Source: Macrostomum hystrix
Taxonomy: Eukaryota > Animalia > Platyhelminthes
Assembly: GCA_950097015.1 (NCBI GenBank)
Contig: CATNEN010000011.1
Span: 5,022,001-5,086,000 of the forward strand
Direction: 5' to 3'
Length of the DNA: 64,000 nt
Below, one piece after another: positions 50,860-63,136 of the stretch (position 1 is the stretch's first letter; each line of letters starts with the position of its first letter). The translations under genes were made by a program, and so were the position numbers. The notes under the pieces are model-generated. The model saw only the letters and a list, made by a program, of their open reading frames with translations, was not told the origin of the DNA and ran no database searches.

Positions 50860-52674
50860 ATGATGATTGAGCAGAGCCAGTTTCAGCAGGACCAAACAGT
50901 GCAGATCCAGAGGAGCGCAAATGTATTTCAAAATGCTGTGGTAAGTCCTGCTCTCATAGTTGATCACGTGGCACCAAAAAGCAACAACAATACTTCGTAG
51001 CAGCTCAGTTCACATGATTTTTAAGGACATTTTAAAGGTCAACATGAACGTTTCTTAAAACAAATTTAGGAGGCCAGCTCTTCGCCGAAAATACACTACA
51101 AAAAATAGAAAGCATTCTACGAGCGTATTTTTTCAGCTCAAATTTAGTGATTGTCATCTCTTTTGAATATTTTTCCTTATTTAATTCGTGAAATCTATGT
51201 GAAATCGATGTGTTTTCGAGTGAAAACATCGACTACACTAGGCTATGTTTTCTTCCTTTTCTCAACATGACCTCCACTCTTTTGGGCTTTGAAAGGAAAC
51301 TTTAGCTTTTTTCCTTTTTAGAATCTGCTTCCAATAAAAACGATCACCAATTTAAAAATAACAAAGCCAAAAGTTTCCATGGTGCATTTTTCGTAAAAAA
51401 ACCGGCAACCTAAGGTTTTTCTAAGAAACACAGTTTTACGTTCTTCTTGGTGTGTACATGTAAATCTGTCCTGACTTCTCATCATGAGGCAGTTGCTTTT
51501 AGTGGAGGCTTCACAATTTCGTGAGAAACCCTCTAAGTGTTTTCTTCGCGACTGCGCCCCAAACGAATGTGGCCTCGCCGAGGATTCGAGCTTCGGACCT
51601 TGTAGAGAGATTTGGACATGTCAGGCCCACAACTTTCACATCACTAAACTGCGAATTAAATTTCTTTACTTGCATAGACTTTTTACTTGATTGCGTACCG
51701 CTGATGACTATGCGTACAACAGTCGCCATCAACAATGCCCAACGCAGTTTGACCGCGTGGCCGCATCCGCCACATTGAGCCGCAATCGCCAGCCCAGCCG
51801 CCTGCCCGAGAAGCTGCAGAATCGTCACCGCGCCCTCAGCATCCTGCAGACCGTCCTAGGCGTCATCCTATTTCTGCTCGGCTTCGTCGGCATCACCTGG
51901 AGCAACCCGGCTTCGTTTTTAGGCAACGCCATCGGCGTCTGGTCCGGCCCCGCCTACTTCATCGCCGGCCAGCTGGGCTGCCAGGCCGGGCGCAACGGCA
52001 ACGCCAGCCGCTCCCGCAGGATCACCCTGCGCTGGTCTCTGGTCAGCTTTCTGTCCTGCGTGACCTCCTTCACTGTCGGACTGGCAGCCATTGTTTTGCG
52101 AGCGAAGAGAATTGACCTTCCGCCAGCACCCGTGGCTGTGACCGACTGCGTCAACCTGACTTTGATCTGCCTCGGCGTCTGCTTCTCCGCCGGACAGGCA
52201 GCCTTTGCCGGCCAGTGCGCGTGGCTCTGCAGCTTCGGCTACGTGCCCAAGCCCCCGATGGTGGCTCCGCCCGCACCGGGACTGCCTGCGATCTATATGA
52301 TCGATGGTGTTCAACAACACCAGCAGGTGCGCCAGCAGGGGCGCCCGAATCGACCAGTTTGCAATTCCACTTTTCAAGATCTCTCCAAGTGCGAGGTCTG
52401 CGGATGTTCCACATCGGTCGGAGCCTTGAAGGAGCGGTCCTGGGTGGGCAGCACGCAGACTGCTCTTCGGCCTCCCCTGCCACCAGTTCCGGTTCTGCCC
52501 GAGTCGATTTTGACGCCACCACCAGCCTACCAGGAGTGGCACACAATGGCAGAGGGGCCTGAGCGGTTGGATTCGTCGAATTCCTCATCACCAGCGGAAG
52601 TTCGCGAATGTCAGTCAATGATGACCTGCGCCGAAAGGAGAGGAAAGAATTTAAGAGTCCACTGGAAGCTGTGA
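50860..52674 (+). CDS. MS4A/CD20-like four-transmembrane protein, about 335 aa, 2 exons
   Basis: Exon 50860-50940 (MMIEQSQF...NAV|gtaagt) joins in phase 0 to acgcag|TTT at 51748-52674. Four hydrophobic helices, a GVWSGPAYFIAG TM2 motif, and a Pro-rich tail with PPPAY. The family call is by eye. Confidence 0.75.
51450..51610 (-). mobile_element. Degenerate SINE copy in the MS4A-like intron
   Basis: ctgcgccccaaacgaatgtggcctcgccgaggattcgagcttcggaccttg matches the reverse-complemented SINE head. Confidence 0.6.
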
Positions 52675-53682
52675 CTCATCATTGAGTGACGTTTTTTATA
52701 TCGATGCGCTAAGGAACTGTCGTTGTTTTATTCCAAGTTAAAGTCCCAGACACTGTCTAAATCTATTTTTATCTTTTTACGTCGAATTGAAATAAAATGA
52801 TGCGCAAAGGGTTTTTCGAACCGCTAAAACACTTCTTAAAACAACAAATCGCTACTCGCTATCGCTAAATACCACTTACATTTCTCACTATAAGTAGTAG
52901 CCATTGCATTTAAGCTAATAGAGTTTTGCCAGCGCGTGCGTGCTTAAAAACATCAGCTATTTATATTTGCAAAAAAATCACTTCATCACGGCTCTATCGG
53001 ACCAAGGTATCGACCAAAGAAGCCTTATTATCCGTACCACTCGGAAATATTTGTTTATAGGAGGTTTAGATTTTATTAAATGATTGTAGTGCCATAATAA
53101 GTTTTCAATTCTGACTGTCTTGTCGTACAAACCATTGAAATTTATTTACTACTACGATAACAATTAGAAAAAATACTTATTTTGTATTGAATATTCGTAA
53201 TGTTCACAATGTGTAAGCATGGGTATGTACATCGGTTCGGTTTCCAAGAAAACACTCTTCTTAACCAGTTAAACAAACCGAATGTTCACTTAAAACAAAA
53301 ACAAACTGTGGCTTAGCAAAAACAACCTCTAAACACGCACTCAGAAACTAATCTAAAATTAAATTAGAGTAAACTGCTTTAGACTCTTCCCGTTGTTAGG
53401 GGCAGCGATTGTAAACAAAATCCCAGTGGTCGGCCTTTAAGTGGACTTTGGTTAGACAAACACAGGAAAAATTAAAGAGAATGGTCAGGTTGAGGGCCGG
53501 CTGCTTCTGTATGCAAACATTGATTGTCGTTTAGCTGCGTGTTTGCTTTCACCGCTAGCTGCTGCCGCCGAGATTGAGTTGTGAGAAGCACCCAACAGAG
53601 TCATATTTAGTCTAGAAGAAAGAACAACCGGCTCAGTTAGTCGTTCTCAGCACTGATTGCCGTTCCACTTAGCGGAGCAATT

Positions 53683-56600
53683 ATGAGGTGAGTTCACACT
53701 AATTCTATATTAATTTCTCTCCTTCAATTTCACTGTTTAGTTGATGAAACTTGATCGATTTCTACCCGAAATCTGCTTTAGACTAATAACTCTCTTGTTG
53801 TTGAGAAGGCATAGGATGCTTGCGGGAATATATTATCGATTTTAGGTTGCTTTGGTGCTATAGTTTTCGAATATATTAGTTAATTTTATGCGTGTTTGTC
53901 TTAAAGTTTGTGGTCGCAAATGATTGTTTGTGTGGTCTTAGATGGTAGCTTGCGGTCTTAGATGGTAGCTTGCGGTCTTAGATGGTAGCTTGCGGTCTTA
54001 GATGGTAGCTTGTGGTATTAGATGGTAGCTTGCGGTCTTAGATGGTAGCTTGCGGTCTTAGATGGTAGCTTGTGGTCTTAGATGGTAGCTTGCGGTCTTA
54101 GATGGTAGCTTGCGGTCTTAGATAGTAGCTTGTGGTCTTAGATGGTAGCTTGCGGTCTTAGATGGTAGCTTGTGGTCTTAGATGGTAGCTTGCGGTCTTA
54201 GATGGTAGCTTGTGGTCTTAGATGGTAGCTTGTGGTCTTAAATGGTAGCTTGTGGCCTTAGATGGTAGCTTGTGGTCTTAGATGGTAGCTTGTTGTCTTA
54301 GATGGTAGCTTGCGGTCTTAGATGGTAGCTTGTGGTCTTAGATGGTAGCTTGCGGTCTTAGATGGTAGCTTGCGGTCTTAGATGGTAGCTTGTGGTCTTA
54401 GATGGTAGCTTTTGGTCTTAGATGGTAGCTTGTGGCCTTAGATGGTAGCTTGTGGTCTTAGATGGTAGCTTGCGGTCTTAGATGGTAGCTTGCGGTCTTA
54501 GATGGTAGCTTGTGGTCTTAGATGGTAGCTTTTGGTCTTAGATAGTAGCTTTTGGTCTTAGATGGTAGCTTGTTGTCTTAGATGGTAGCTTGTGGTCTTA
54601 GATGGTAGCTTTTGGTCTTAGATGGTAGCTTGTGGTCTTAGATGGTAGCTTGCGGTCTTAGATGGTAGCTTCTGGCCTTAGATGGTAGCTTGTGGTCTTA
54701 GATGGTAGGTTGTGGCCTTAGATGGTAGCTTGTGGCCTTAGATGGTAGCTTGTGGTCTTAGATGGTAGCTTGCGGTCTTAGATGGTAGCTTGCGGTCTTA
54801 GATGGTAGCTTGTGGTCTTAGATGGTAGCTTTTGGTCTTAGATGGTAGCTTGTGACCTTAGATGGTAGCTTGTGGTCTTAGATGGTAGCTTGTGGTCTTA
54901 GATGGTAGCTTGTGGCCTTAGATGGTAGGTTGTGGTCTAATTTGGTAGGTTGTGGCTTAATTTGGTAGGTTGTGGTCTTAGATGGAAGCTTGTTGCCTTA
55001 GATGGTAGATTGTGGCCTTAGATGGTAGCTTGTGGTCTTAGATGGTAGCTTGTGGTCTTAGATGGTAGCTTGTGGTCTTAGATGGTAGCTTGTGGTCTTA
55101 GATGGTAGCTTGTGGCCTTAGATGGTAGGTTGTGGTCTTAGATGGTAGCTTGTGGTCTTAGATGGTAGCTTGTGGTCTTAGATGGTAGCTTGTGGTCTTA
55201 GATGGTAGCTTGTGGTCTTAGATGGTAGCTTGTGGTCTTAGATGGTAGCTTGTGGTCTTAGATGGTAGCTTCTGGCCTTAGATGGTAGCTTGTGGTCTTA
55301 GATGGTAGGTTGTGGCCTTAGATGGTAGGTTGTGGTCTTAGATAGTAGCTTTTGGTCTTAGATAGTAGCTTTTGGTCTTAGATGGTAGCTTGTGGCCTTA
55401 GATGGTAGCTTGTGGTCTTAGATGGTAGCTTGCGGTCTTAGATGGTAGCTTGCGGTCTTAGATGGTAGCTTGTGGTCTTAGATGGTAGCTTTTGGTCTTA
55501 GATGGTAGCTTGTGACCTTAGATGGTAGCTTGTGGTCTTAGATGGTAGCTTGTGGTCTTAGATGGTAGCTTGTGGCCTTAGATGGTAGGTTGTGGTCTAA
55601 TTTGGTAGGTTGTGGCTTAATTTGGTAGGTTGTGGTCTTAGATGGAAGCTTGTTGCCTTAGATGGTAGATTGTGGCCTTAGATGGTAGCTTGTGGTCTTA
55701 GATGGTAGCTTGTGGTCTTAGATGGTAGCTTGTGGTCTTAGATGGTAGCTTGTGGTCTTAGATGGTAGCTTGTGGCCTTAGATGGTAGGTTGTGGTCTTA
55801 GATGGTAGCTTGTGGTCTTAGATGGTAGCTTGTGGTCTTAGATGGTAGCTTGTGGTCTTAGATGGTAGCTTGTGGTCTTAGATGGTAGCTTGTGGTCTTA
55901 GATGGTAGCTTGCGGTCTTAGATAGTAGCTTGTGGTCTTAGATGGTAGCTTGTGGTCTTAGATGGTAGGTTGTGTTCTAATTTGGTAGGTTGTGATCTAA
56001 TTTGGTAGGTTGTGGTCTAATTTGGTAGGTTGTGGTCTAATTTGGTAGGTTGTGGTCTAATTTGGTAGCTGTTGGTCTTAGATGGTAGCTTGTGGTCTTA
56101 GATGGTAGCTTGTGGTCTTAGATGGTAGCTTGTGGTCTTAGATGGTAGCTTGTGACCTTAGATGGTAGCTTGCGGTCTTAGATGGTAGCTTGTGGTCTTA
56201 GATGGTAGCTTGTGGCCTTAGATGGTAGGTTGTGGTCTAATTTGGTAGGTTGTGGCTTAATTTGGTAGGTTGTGGTCTTAGATGGAAGCTTGTGGTCTTA
56301 GATGGTAGCTTGCGGTCTTAGATGGTAGCTTGTGGTCTTAGATGGTAGCTTGTGGTCTTAGATGGTAGCTTGTGGTCTTAGATGGTAGCTTGTGGTCTTA
56401 GATGGTAGCTTGTGGCCTTAGATGGTAGGTTGTGGTCTTAGATGGTAGCTTGTGGTCTTAGATGGTAGCTTGTGGTCTTAGATGGTAGCTTGTGGTCTTA
56501 GATGGTAGCTTGTGGTCTTAGATGGTAGCTTGTGGTCTTAGATGGTAGCTTGTGGTCTTAGATGGTAGGTTGTGTTCTAATTTGGTAGGTTGTGATCTAA

Positions 56601-58201
56601 TTTGGTAGGTTGTGGTCTTATTTGGTAGGTTGTGGTCTAATTTGGTAGGTTGTGGTCTAATTTGGTAGCTTTTGGTCTTAGATGGTAGCTTGTGGTCTTA
56701 GATGGTAGCTTGTGGTCTTAGATGGTAGCTTGTGGTCTTAGATGGTAGCTTGTGGTCTTAGATGGTAGCTTGTGGTCTTAGATGGTAGCTTGTGGTCTTA
56801 GATGGTAGCTTGTGGTCTTAGATGGTAGCTTGTGGTCTTAGATGGTAGCTTGTGGTCTTAGATGGTAGGTTGTGGTCTAATTTGGTAGGTTGTGATCTAA
56901 TTTGGTAGGTTGTGGTCTTAGATGGTAGGTTGTGGTCTAATTTGGTAGGTTGTGATCTAATTTGGTAGGTTGTGGTCTAATTTGGTAGGTTGTGGTCTAA
57001 TTTGGTAGGTTGTGGTCTTAGATGGAAGCTTGTTGCCATTTTTAATCTCCAACGTGAGAGGGCCGCAAAATACAGCGAACTGAAGCACGTCCGCGACCCG
57101 GTGACCGGCCGCTGCGTGGCTTGCGAAGCCCTGAACAAGGGCGGCTTCCTGGACTCCACCTATCACCCGGATGTCGGCCTCAACACCGGGGCGGGCCTGA
57201 TGGTGCAGCAGAACCAGAACCGGCCAATCACTCCGGTGGTTTTCGACCCGTCCGATCCGAATTACATCCGTGCGATTCGCCGCGGCAGCGTCTCATTGGC
57301 CAAGGGCCAAGGCGTGTACACCCATGGCGCGGTTCCGTCGGCGCAGTTCGATCCGGGCTCCTCACCGACGCTAGTGAAGCGCCAGTCGCAGCCGCAGATT
57401 CTTCTACTAGACGCTCAGCAGCCGCAGCAGCCGACTTATCGATTTGTTCAACAGCCGCCAACCGGCAATAGCAAAATTGTTCTGTGGCAGCAGGCCGGGG
57501 GCGGCCGCATCGAGCCGCAGCCGCAGCAATACGCCATGGCAACCGTTGCTACGGCAGCTATGAAACAGCCGCGGCAGCCGCCGCAGACAGTGTGGGTGCA
57601 ACCCGCGTCCACCGGTGTTGGGGCGGCCAATCTGCACGGCGCCAATTTCTACCCAGGCCAGTACAACGGCGGCCGTGGGGCCGGCGCCAGCACTGGAGGC
57701 AGCGGCTGTGGCGCCGGCTGTCGAGTCTGCTGCCTGACCTGCTGCTCGTGCTGTGTGTGCTGCCGGCCGAAGGTGAATAGCCGCGGAGCCGGCGGCGTCG
57801 AGGCGGGACCCAAGCGGCCCTACTGGAGCTACGATGACGGCGACTCGCGAGGCCGCTGCTGCAAAGGCTGGCTGATCGCTCTATGCCTTCTGCTGGTGGT
57901 GGCTGCCATCATCGCCGCCGTTTTGGCCGCCGTGTTCAGCGTTGAAGCCCAGTCCCAGACGGTGCGGCTGAACCGACGCTACCTGCTGGTGAACAATGAC
58001 ACTTTGTGCCAGCAGCAGGCCAAGAATGGCGGCACCACCCTTGCTGGCTGCGCTTACACCAGGGCCGCTGAGCTGGTTGTGGACTCAACTTTCACCAACC
58101 CCACCGTGATCTACTCGGCCGGGTCGCCCGGACCCCGGATGGCCATTGTGGCGACCGTCTTGGCTGCTGTTGCGGCTGCGGCCGTGGCTCATATCGGTTG
58201 A
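53683..58201 (+). CDS. Unknown membrane protein, about 376 aa: Q/P-rich N-terminus, Cys cluster, TM helix, short ectodomain, GPI-like C-terminus
   Basis: ATG AG|gtgagt at 53683-53687, intron filled by a 20-bp array, and a phase-2 acceptor tacag|C at 57076 (exact acceptor inferred). The frame is open to 58201 with GC-rich coding-like composition. Confidence 0.75.
53935..57030. repeat. 20-bp minisatellite (ttagatggtagcttgtggtc)n with a taatttggtaggtt variant and 640-660-bp higher-order blocks
   Basis: Marker tgtgacctta at 54851, 55511 and 56151. Confidence 0.95.
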
Positions 58202-61200
58202 CTTAGTTGGAGCAATGAGCGAATGAGCTGTCTATGATCTACTAATACCTGAAATTTACTGCACTCTCGCGTAATTATGTTAATTACGCAGTTGTCTTCA
58301 AGTTTCCATCGTCTATTTTTATTGCGAATGTGGCCAAGATTTGAAAAATATTTATTTCTATTGCTAAGCCCTACATTCTTTCTTTTCCTATTTTACATGA
58401 CCAAGCCTTAAGACTGTAAAATTTCAATGACACAAAAAATTATATGACCTATTTTGCATGACCAAGTTCAAATTTTGTATATTTTCAACAAAAAACTGCT
58501 CAAACTGATTGTTTTCTAAGAAAAAAGCTCAAATTGTGTACTTTCAATGACCAAATGCTCAATTTAGGTATTCTCTATGACCAACTGTTTAAAAGATGTA
58601 TTTTCTTTGAGTTTCTAAATGTTTTCGAGTTTAATATGACAGGTTTATTATCAAACTTGACAACACAGGTGTGGATAGATCTCTCTTGTCAATTTGATTT
58701 TCTTAATTCCTGTCGTTTTCGGGAATTTTTAAGAGTATGTACATCACAAAAAAGAACGATGCCAACCCTATTCAGTGTTTCCCTGTATCGCACCTTATTT
58801 TCCCAAAAATCTCTAAACGAATTCCTGTCAATTATATAATTCCCCCCAATCAACCAGCGACTTGACGAAATTATTCATGCCAATAGGCACTTGACAACAA
58901 GATATGCAGCAATTGGCGGGCACTGGTGCATAGGATGAAATTTGTTTTTTTTATAACCCTGCAGGTAAAAACTGGTTTAATGCGGTTCCCTTGGTGGGAA
59001 CTTTGCCGGGGCGGGGAATTCGGCGGGTACTGGGGGACAAAATTTTCTAGCCAGTCGGCTCGCAGGCAGGTGGCAACACCCAGTGCATCTAAACTAGCTT
59101 TGTAGAGTTTCCCCTTAAGGCTATACATCGCTTCACAGTGAGGAGAGTTGGTGTTTAGCTGCATTCTCAACGAGGCAAAATGTCCGTTTCTTTTTGCACT
59201 TTGTTGTGACACCATCGGCCCATTGTGGGTGCACTTTAGCACCAGCGGCTGTATTTCACATCAAATCCAATACACCATTACACCCTTATAGGGTGTAAAG
59301 GGAGAGGCCTTTCAATTCCAACTCGGTATTTGTCTATGGCAAAATCTCGCTTGTACAGGGAAGCTAGCTAAATAATCCTAGCCGTTAGAGAATAATTAAA
59401 AAACAAAGATGTTTCGAAGGTAGCTAGAATTGAAATCTACAGTCAGTTCTGGCTACTGTTTAAATGACCCATAGGTAAAGTACAGACCTTTAAGGTCAAT
59501 GACAATGTTAACGACGTTTACAATGGCGAGCCAAAGCGGTCAAAAACATCGGTCAAAAACTCAGATAGAAAATTGCCATAGACAACTACATTAGACGCAC
59601 AGTAAATCGTGCATCTAACACGCGCCAGCGTGATACAATGAACGACTTTACTTGGGAAATTTTAAATAAATTATTCACTAACCTTTTTCTGTCGTTATTT
59701 TAGTTAGTTGTACCCATAATCAGATTTTACCATAGACATTGCCGAGCTAAAGAAACCAGGCTGAAGTCGTTTGAAATCGATTAAAAAGGTATAATTTTTG
59801 TTTGAGTCTGAGTAGTTTCAATGTGGATCTTTTGAAAAAAAACTGACTTCCTGCCTGTCGCTGCTGGGAGATGAGTTTTCAATTCTTGCTAGCTTTGCAA
59901 TGATGTGTTTTTTCTGAATTTGAAGACAGGAAACTATGGGTTTAACGCTTCTGTGTACCAAACCTTCTGGATCAATGAGCATGCCTGCTTCTGCTCTGGG
60001 CTCACGCAACTCCTCCAGCAAGGTGGAGTTAAAACTTTTCACCTGTTTTCGCCTGTTTAAACGCAAAACGATGCTAAGAAGCAAAAAATAGAAGGAGGCT
60101 TCTGAGGAAAGCTTATATGATGCGGCGGTGGTGATAATGGGGACAATCAAGGTGAGAGAGACTTCAGAGTGGGCTGAGAAGTGGAAAAGCAGTGGAGGAT
60201 AGGAGCCAATGGCCTTTAGTTTTATGCTGCTTGGAGAGGAAAGGCTGGTCCGGATGAAGGCCCAGCAATTCTGCTCCGGCGCTGCTGTCCGCAAACCCAC
60301 CCACCCCAGTTGCCTATATTGGCTGAGCCAGTGGCTGAGCAGTTGTTAAACAGCATCAAAGCAGATAAATAAGGCTTTATACTTTCTGTATCGTCTCCAG
60401 CTCTGAAAAAAACGCTGGCGAACTCTGAAAGTTTTAAACTAAAGTTCTGATCGTTTGGTTATCAATATAACTTTCCCTATCATCCAACAATGTCCATTCT
60501 TCTATCCTCCGGCAAGGGAGCTGCAGCCAAATTTCGCGAGGGCAATGGCGCCAAGAAGGGCCGACCGGAGAAGCTCAAGAGGTGAGATCTGAGGCCACTG
60601 CTGAGTTTCACGGCGAGAAAGCTTAAGGCGAATAGATCGTTTTTAGGCGAGGCAATTAGGCAAGGAAGTCTAAGCGAGAGTTAAAAGTGCATGGCGAGAA
60701 CCAGTGGGTTATGACTACCGAGGTGGATTAGGTACACTGACAGATGAAAATGACTGAAAAGAACTGAAATCTTAGAATCTGGGTGACATGTGTACAGAAA
60801 ACGAGTGAGTATTCATTCTTCTGTACGGTTTAATTTTAGAACAATTTAATCAAAAGTCTCCTCAACTTCTGCCTAGCAGAAAAGTAGAACAGAAGCTATT
60901 GGAGAAACTTTCACTTCGCAGACAATGGGAAGAGGCTAGAGAGATGGGGCCTCATAAATTGTCGCACTCGACGTTGCCATTAAATTACTTTGCTGAGAGC
61001 TACCGCTGCTGCTGCATGAGTTTCTGAACCGACTCAAGTCTCCTAGTCACTCAGACTTGCACAGCCTCAGTCCTCAAAGTCTTCCCCATTGCCCGCAGTC
61101 TTGAAAAAAACACGACATTAACTTGTCTCGTGTTTGCTGGTTGAAGTTCATTTTTAAATGAGAAACCATGGCAACTCAAGTGTGGAGTGAAGAGAAGCAA

Positions 61201-62139
61201 TTAATGAAGCTCGAAACAATAGGCAGCTGCTGGTGCGACTGAATATTGCTTCTTAGAGTTGATTTCCTGTTAGACATGGACTGTAACGTTATAAAATGTT
61301 ACTCAATAAACACTAAACTTAGGATGTTACTGTTCAAAATGATCATGCTTTATAATAATATTGAGTATCTTGAGTACTTTCAAAACACGGCACAGGACTG
61401 ACGCCCAGTTTCATCCGTACCTGCCCACCGATGCCACTGTGGTCTGGAACACTAAAATTGGCGGCCTGGACTACAGCCTAGCCTTGGGTGCGTGAGGAAG
61501 TGATTTGACGGTGTTAACTAGCAGTAGGAAGACCACGATATTTTCCACCTGGGAAAATACCACGGGGTTATCAAATACCTACTGCCCACTTCAAGATAGA
61601 TCCCAAAAAGAATGACCGATGACAATCGTGACAACGAGTCGTGACAATCCACCTTATGAAGAAAAAAATTTCCCTTAACGATATCTTCAATATTTGAGGA
61701 GATACAGAAAAAGAAAAAGATGAGTACTTAAAATACCCCCCGTGGTCTTCTACTGATTGCGATCAAGATGCTTCTTGGGATTGAAGAATTAAAAACATGG
61801 CCTTCTTTAGTATCGCATTTGTGAATCGATTTCAGATAAGGAATCGTTGGATCTGTGGTGCAACGACAATGTCGTGGAGGCGGATGTGAGTTGGATGCTT
61901 CAAACTTGGCGGCGGACGGTTAAAAGTTACTTTATCGAAGGAAATTAGAAGATGAATCTAGAAAATTAATATACTGAAGAAACCGACAGTAATAAGGACA
62001 GGATGTTTGAGTAGGGATAAAAAGCATTAGGAATTGGCAAATCTAATAGCAAGCGGAGGAACGTGGTGGGAAACAGATTGAATTGCTAATGAGAAGTTGA
62101 TCAAGAAATCGCAGCGGAAGATTTTAGAGGGTATGAAGT

Positions 62140-62790
62140 AGATTGAAGAGGCTGAGAGGTACGTTGAAGACGGTGAGTGGTAGGTTGAACAGGATGAGAA
62201 GTAGGTTGAAGGGGGTGAGATGTAGATTCGAAGAGGGTGAGAAGAAGGTTGAAGAGGGTGAGAAGTAGGTTGAATAGGGTGAGAAGTAGGTTGAAGGGGG
62301 TGAGATGTAGATTCGAAGAGGGTGAGAAGAAGGTTGAAGAGGGTGAGAAGTAGGTTGAATAGGGTGAGAAGAAGGTTGAAGAGGCTGAGAGGTACGTTGA
62401 AGACGGTGAGTGGTAGGTTGATCAGGATGAGAAGTAGGTTGAAGGGGGTGAGATGTAGATTCGAAGAGGGTGAGAAGTAGGTTGAAGGGGGTGAGATGTA
62501 GATTCGAAGATGGTGAGAAGAAGGTTGAAGGGGCTCAGAAGAAGGTTGAAGAGGGTGAGAAGTAGGTTGAATAGGGTGAGAAGAAGGTTGAAGAGGCTGA
62601 GAGGTACGTTGAAGACGGTGAGTGATATGTTGAACTGGATGAGAAGTAGGTTGAAGGGTGTGAGATGTAAATTCGAATAGGGTGAGAAGAAGGTTGAAGA
62701 GGCTCAGAAAAAGGTTGAAGAGGGTGAGAAGTAGGTTGAATAGGGTGAGAAGAAGGTTGAAGAGGCTGAGAGTTAGGTTAAAGAGGGTGA
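62140..62790. repeat. 21-bp purine-rich diverged minisatellite (gaagagggtgagaagtaggtt)n
   Basis: Direct reading; variant gaagaggctgagaggtacgtt recurs about every 210-235 bp. Confidence 0.9.
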
Positions 62791-62983
62791 GAGGTGGATG
62801 TGAGAACTCAGGTACCAGACGTGTGAGAGCTAGATTAATCGATGGTATGAGGAGGTAGATTGGTAAAGCGAGAAGTAGGCTATATGAGAGTTAAGACGCA
62901 GATATAAGATAGGATGCGAGGTGGGGAATATTCGGAGAAGCAAGTTACTCCCCCTGCAACCCAACCGGACGACTAACGCGCAG

Positions 62984-63136
62984 TGCGACTTCAACGACAC
63001 CGGCTCCACCATGGACTTTGAGCTGGCCGGCAAGAAGGCCTGCGTGAAGATCCAACCGGGCAGTCGGGGCACGAAGTACCGACTGACCTTGGACGGCGTC
63101 AAGGTGCCCAAGTCCAAGTACTCGGGCCACGACTGA
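62984..63136 (+). CDS. Probable terminal exon encoding a FAIM1-like C-terminal beta domain
   Basis: gcgcag|CDFNDTGSTMDFELAGKKACVKIQPGSRGTKYRLTLDGVKVPKS resembles FAIM EFVDDGTETHFSIGNHDCYIKAVSSG..GIIHTLIVDNREIP (recalled). Upstream exons were not identified. Confidence 0.5.
   Translation, partial: CDFNDTGSTMDFELAGKKACVKIQPGSRGTKYRLTLDGVKVPKSKYSGHD

Noticed and set aside
51704-51778. Apparent frameshifted start of the MS4A-like gene (MTMRTTVAINNAQ...)
   Set aside because: A phase-compatible upstream exon (50860-50940) explains the start without a frameshift.
51919-52618. Minus-strand ORFs over the MS4A-like gene (similar shadows over the IAP, LamG exons and 57121-57780)
   Set aside because: Antisense or alternate-frame shadows of GC-rich coding exons.
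59818-60300. 160-aa minus-strand ORF with a faint CACTA/EnSpm-like segment (LLEELREPRAEAGMLIDPEG..VKPIVSC)
   Set aside because: Similarity is too weak by eye, there is no ATG, and no catalytic motif or TIR is visible; needs an HMM search.
61700-61840. Possible hAT dimerisation-domain remnant (DEYLKYP..KTWPSL)
   Set aside because: Two short motifs in different frames; insufficient evidence.
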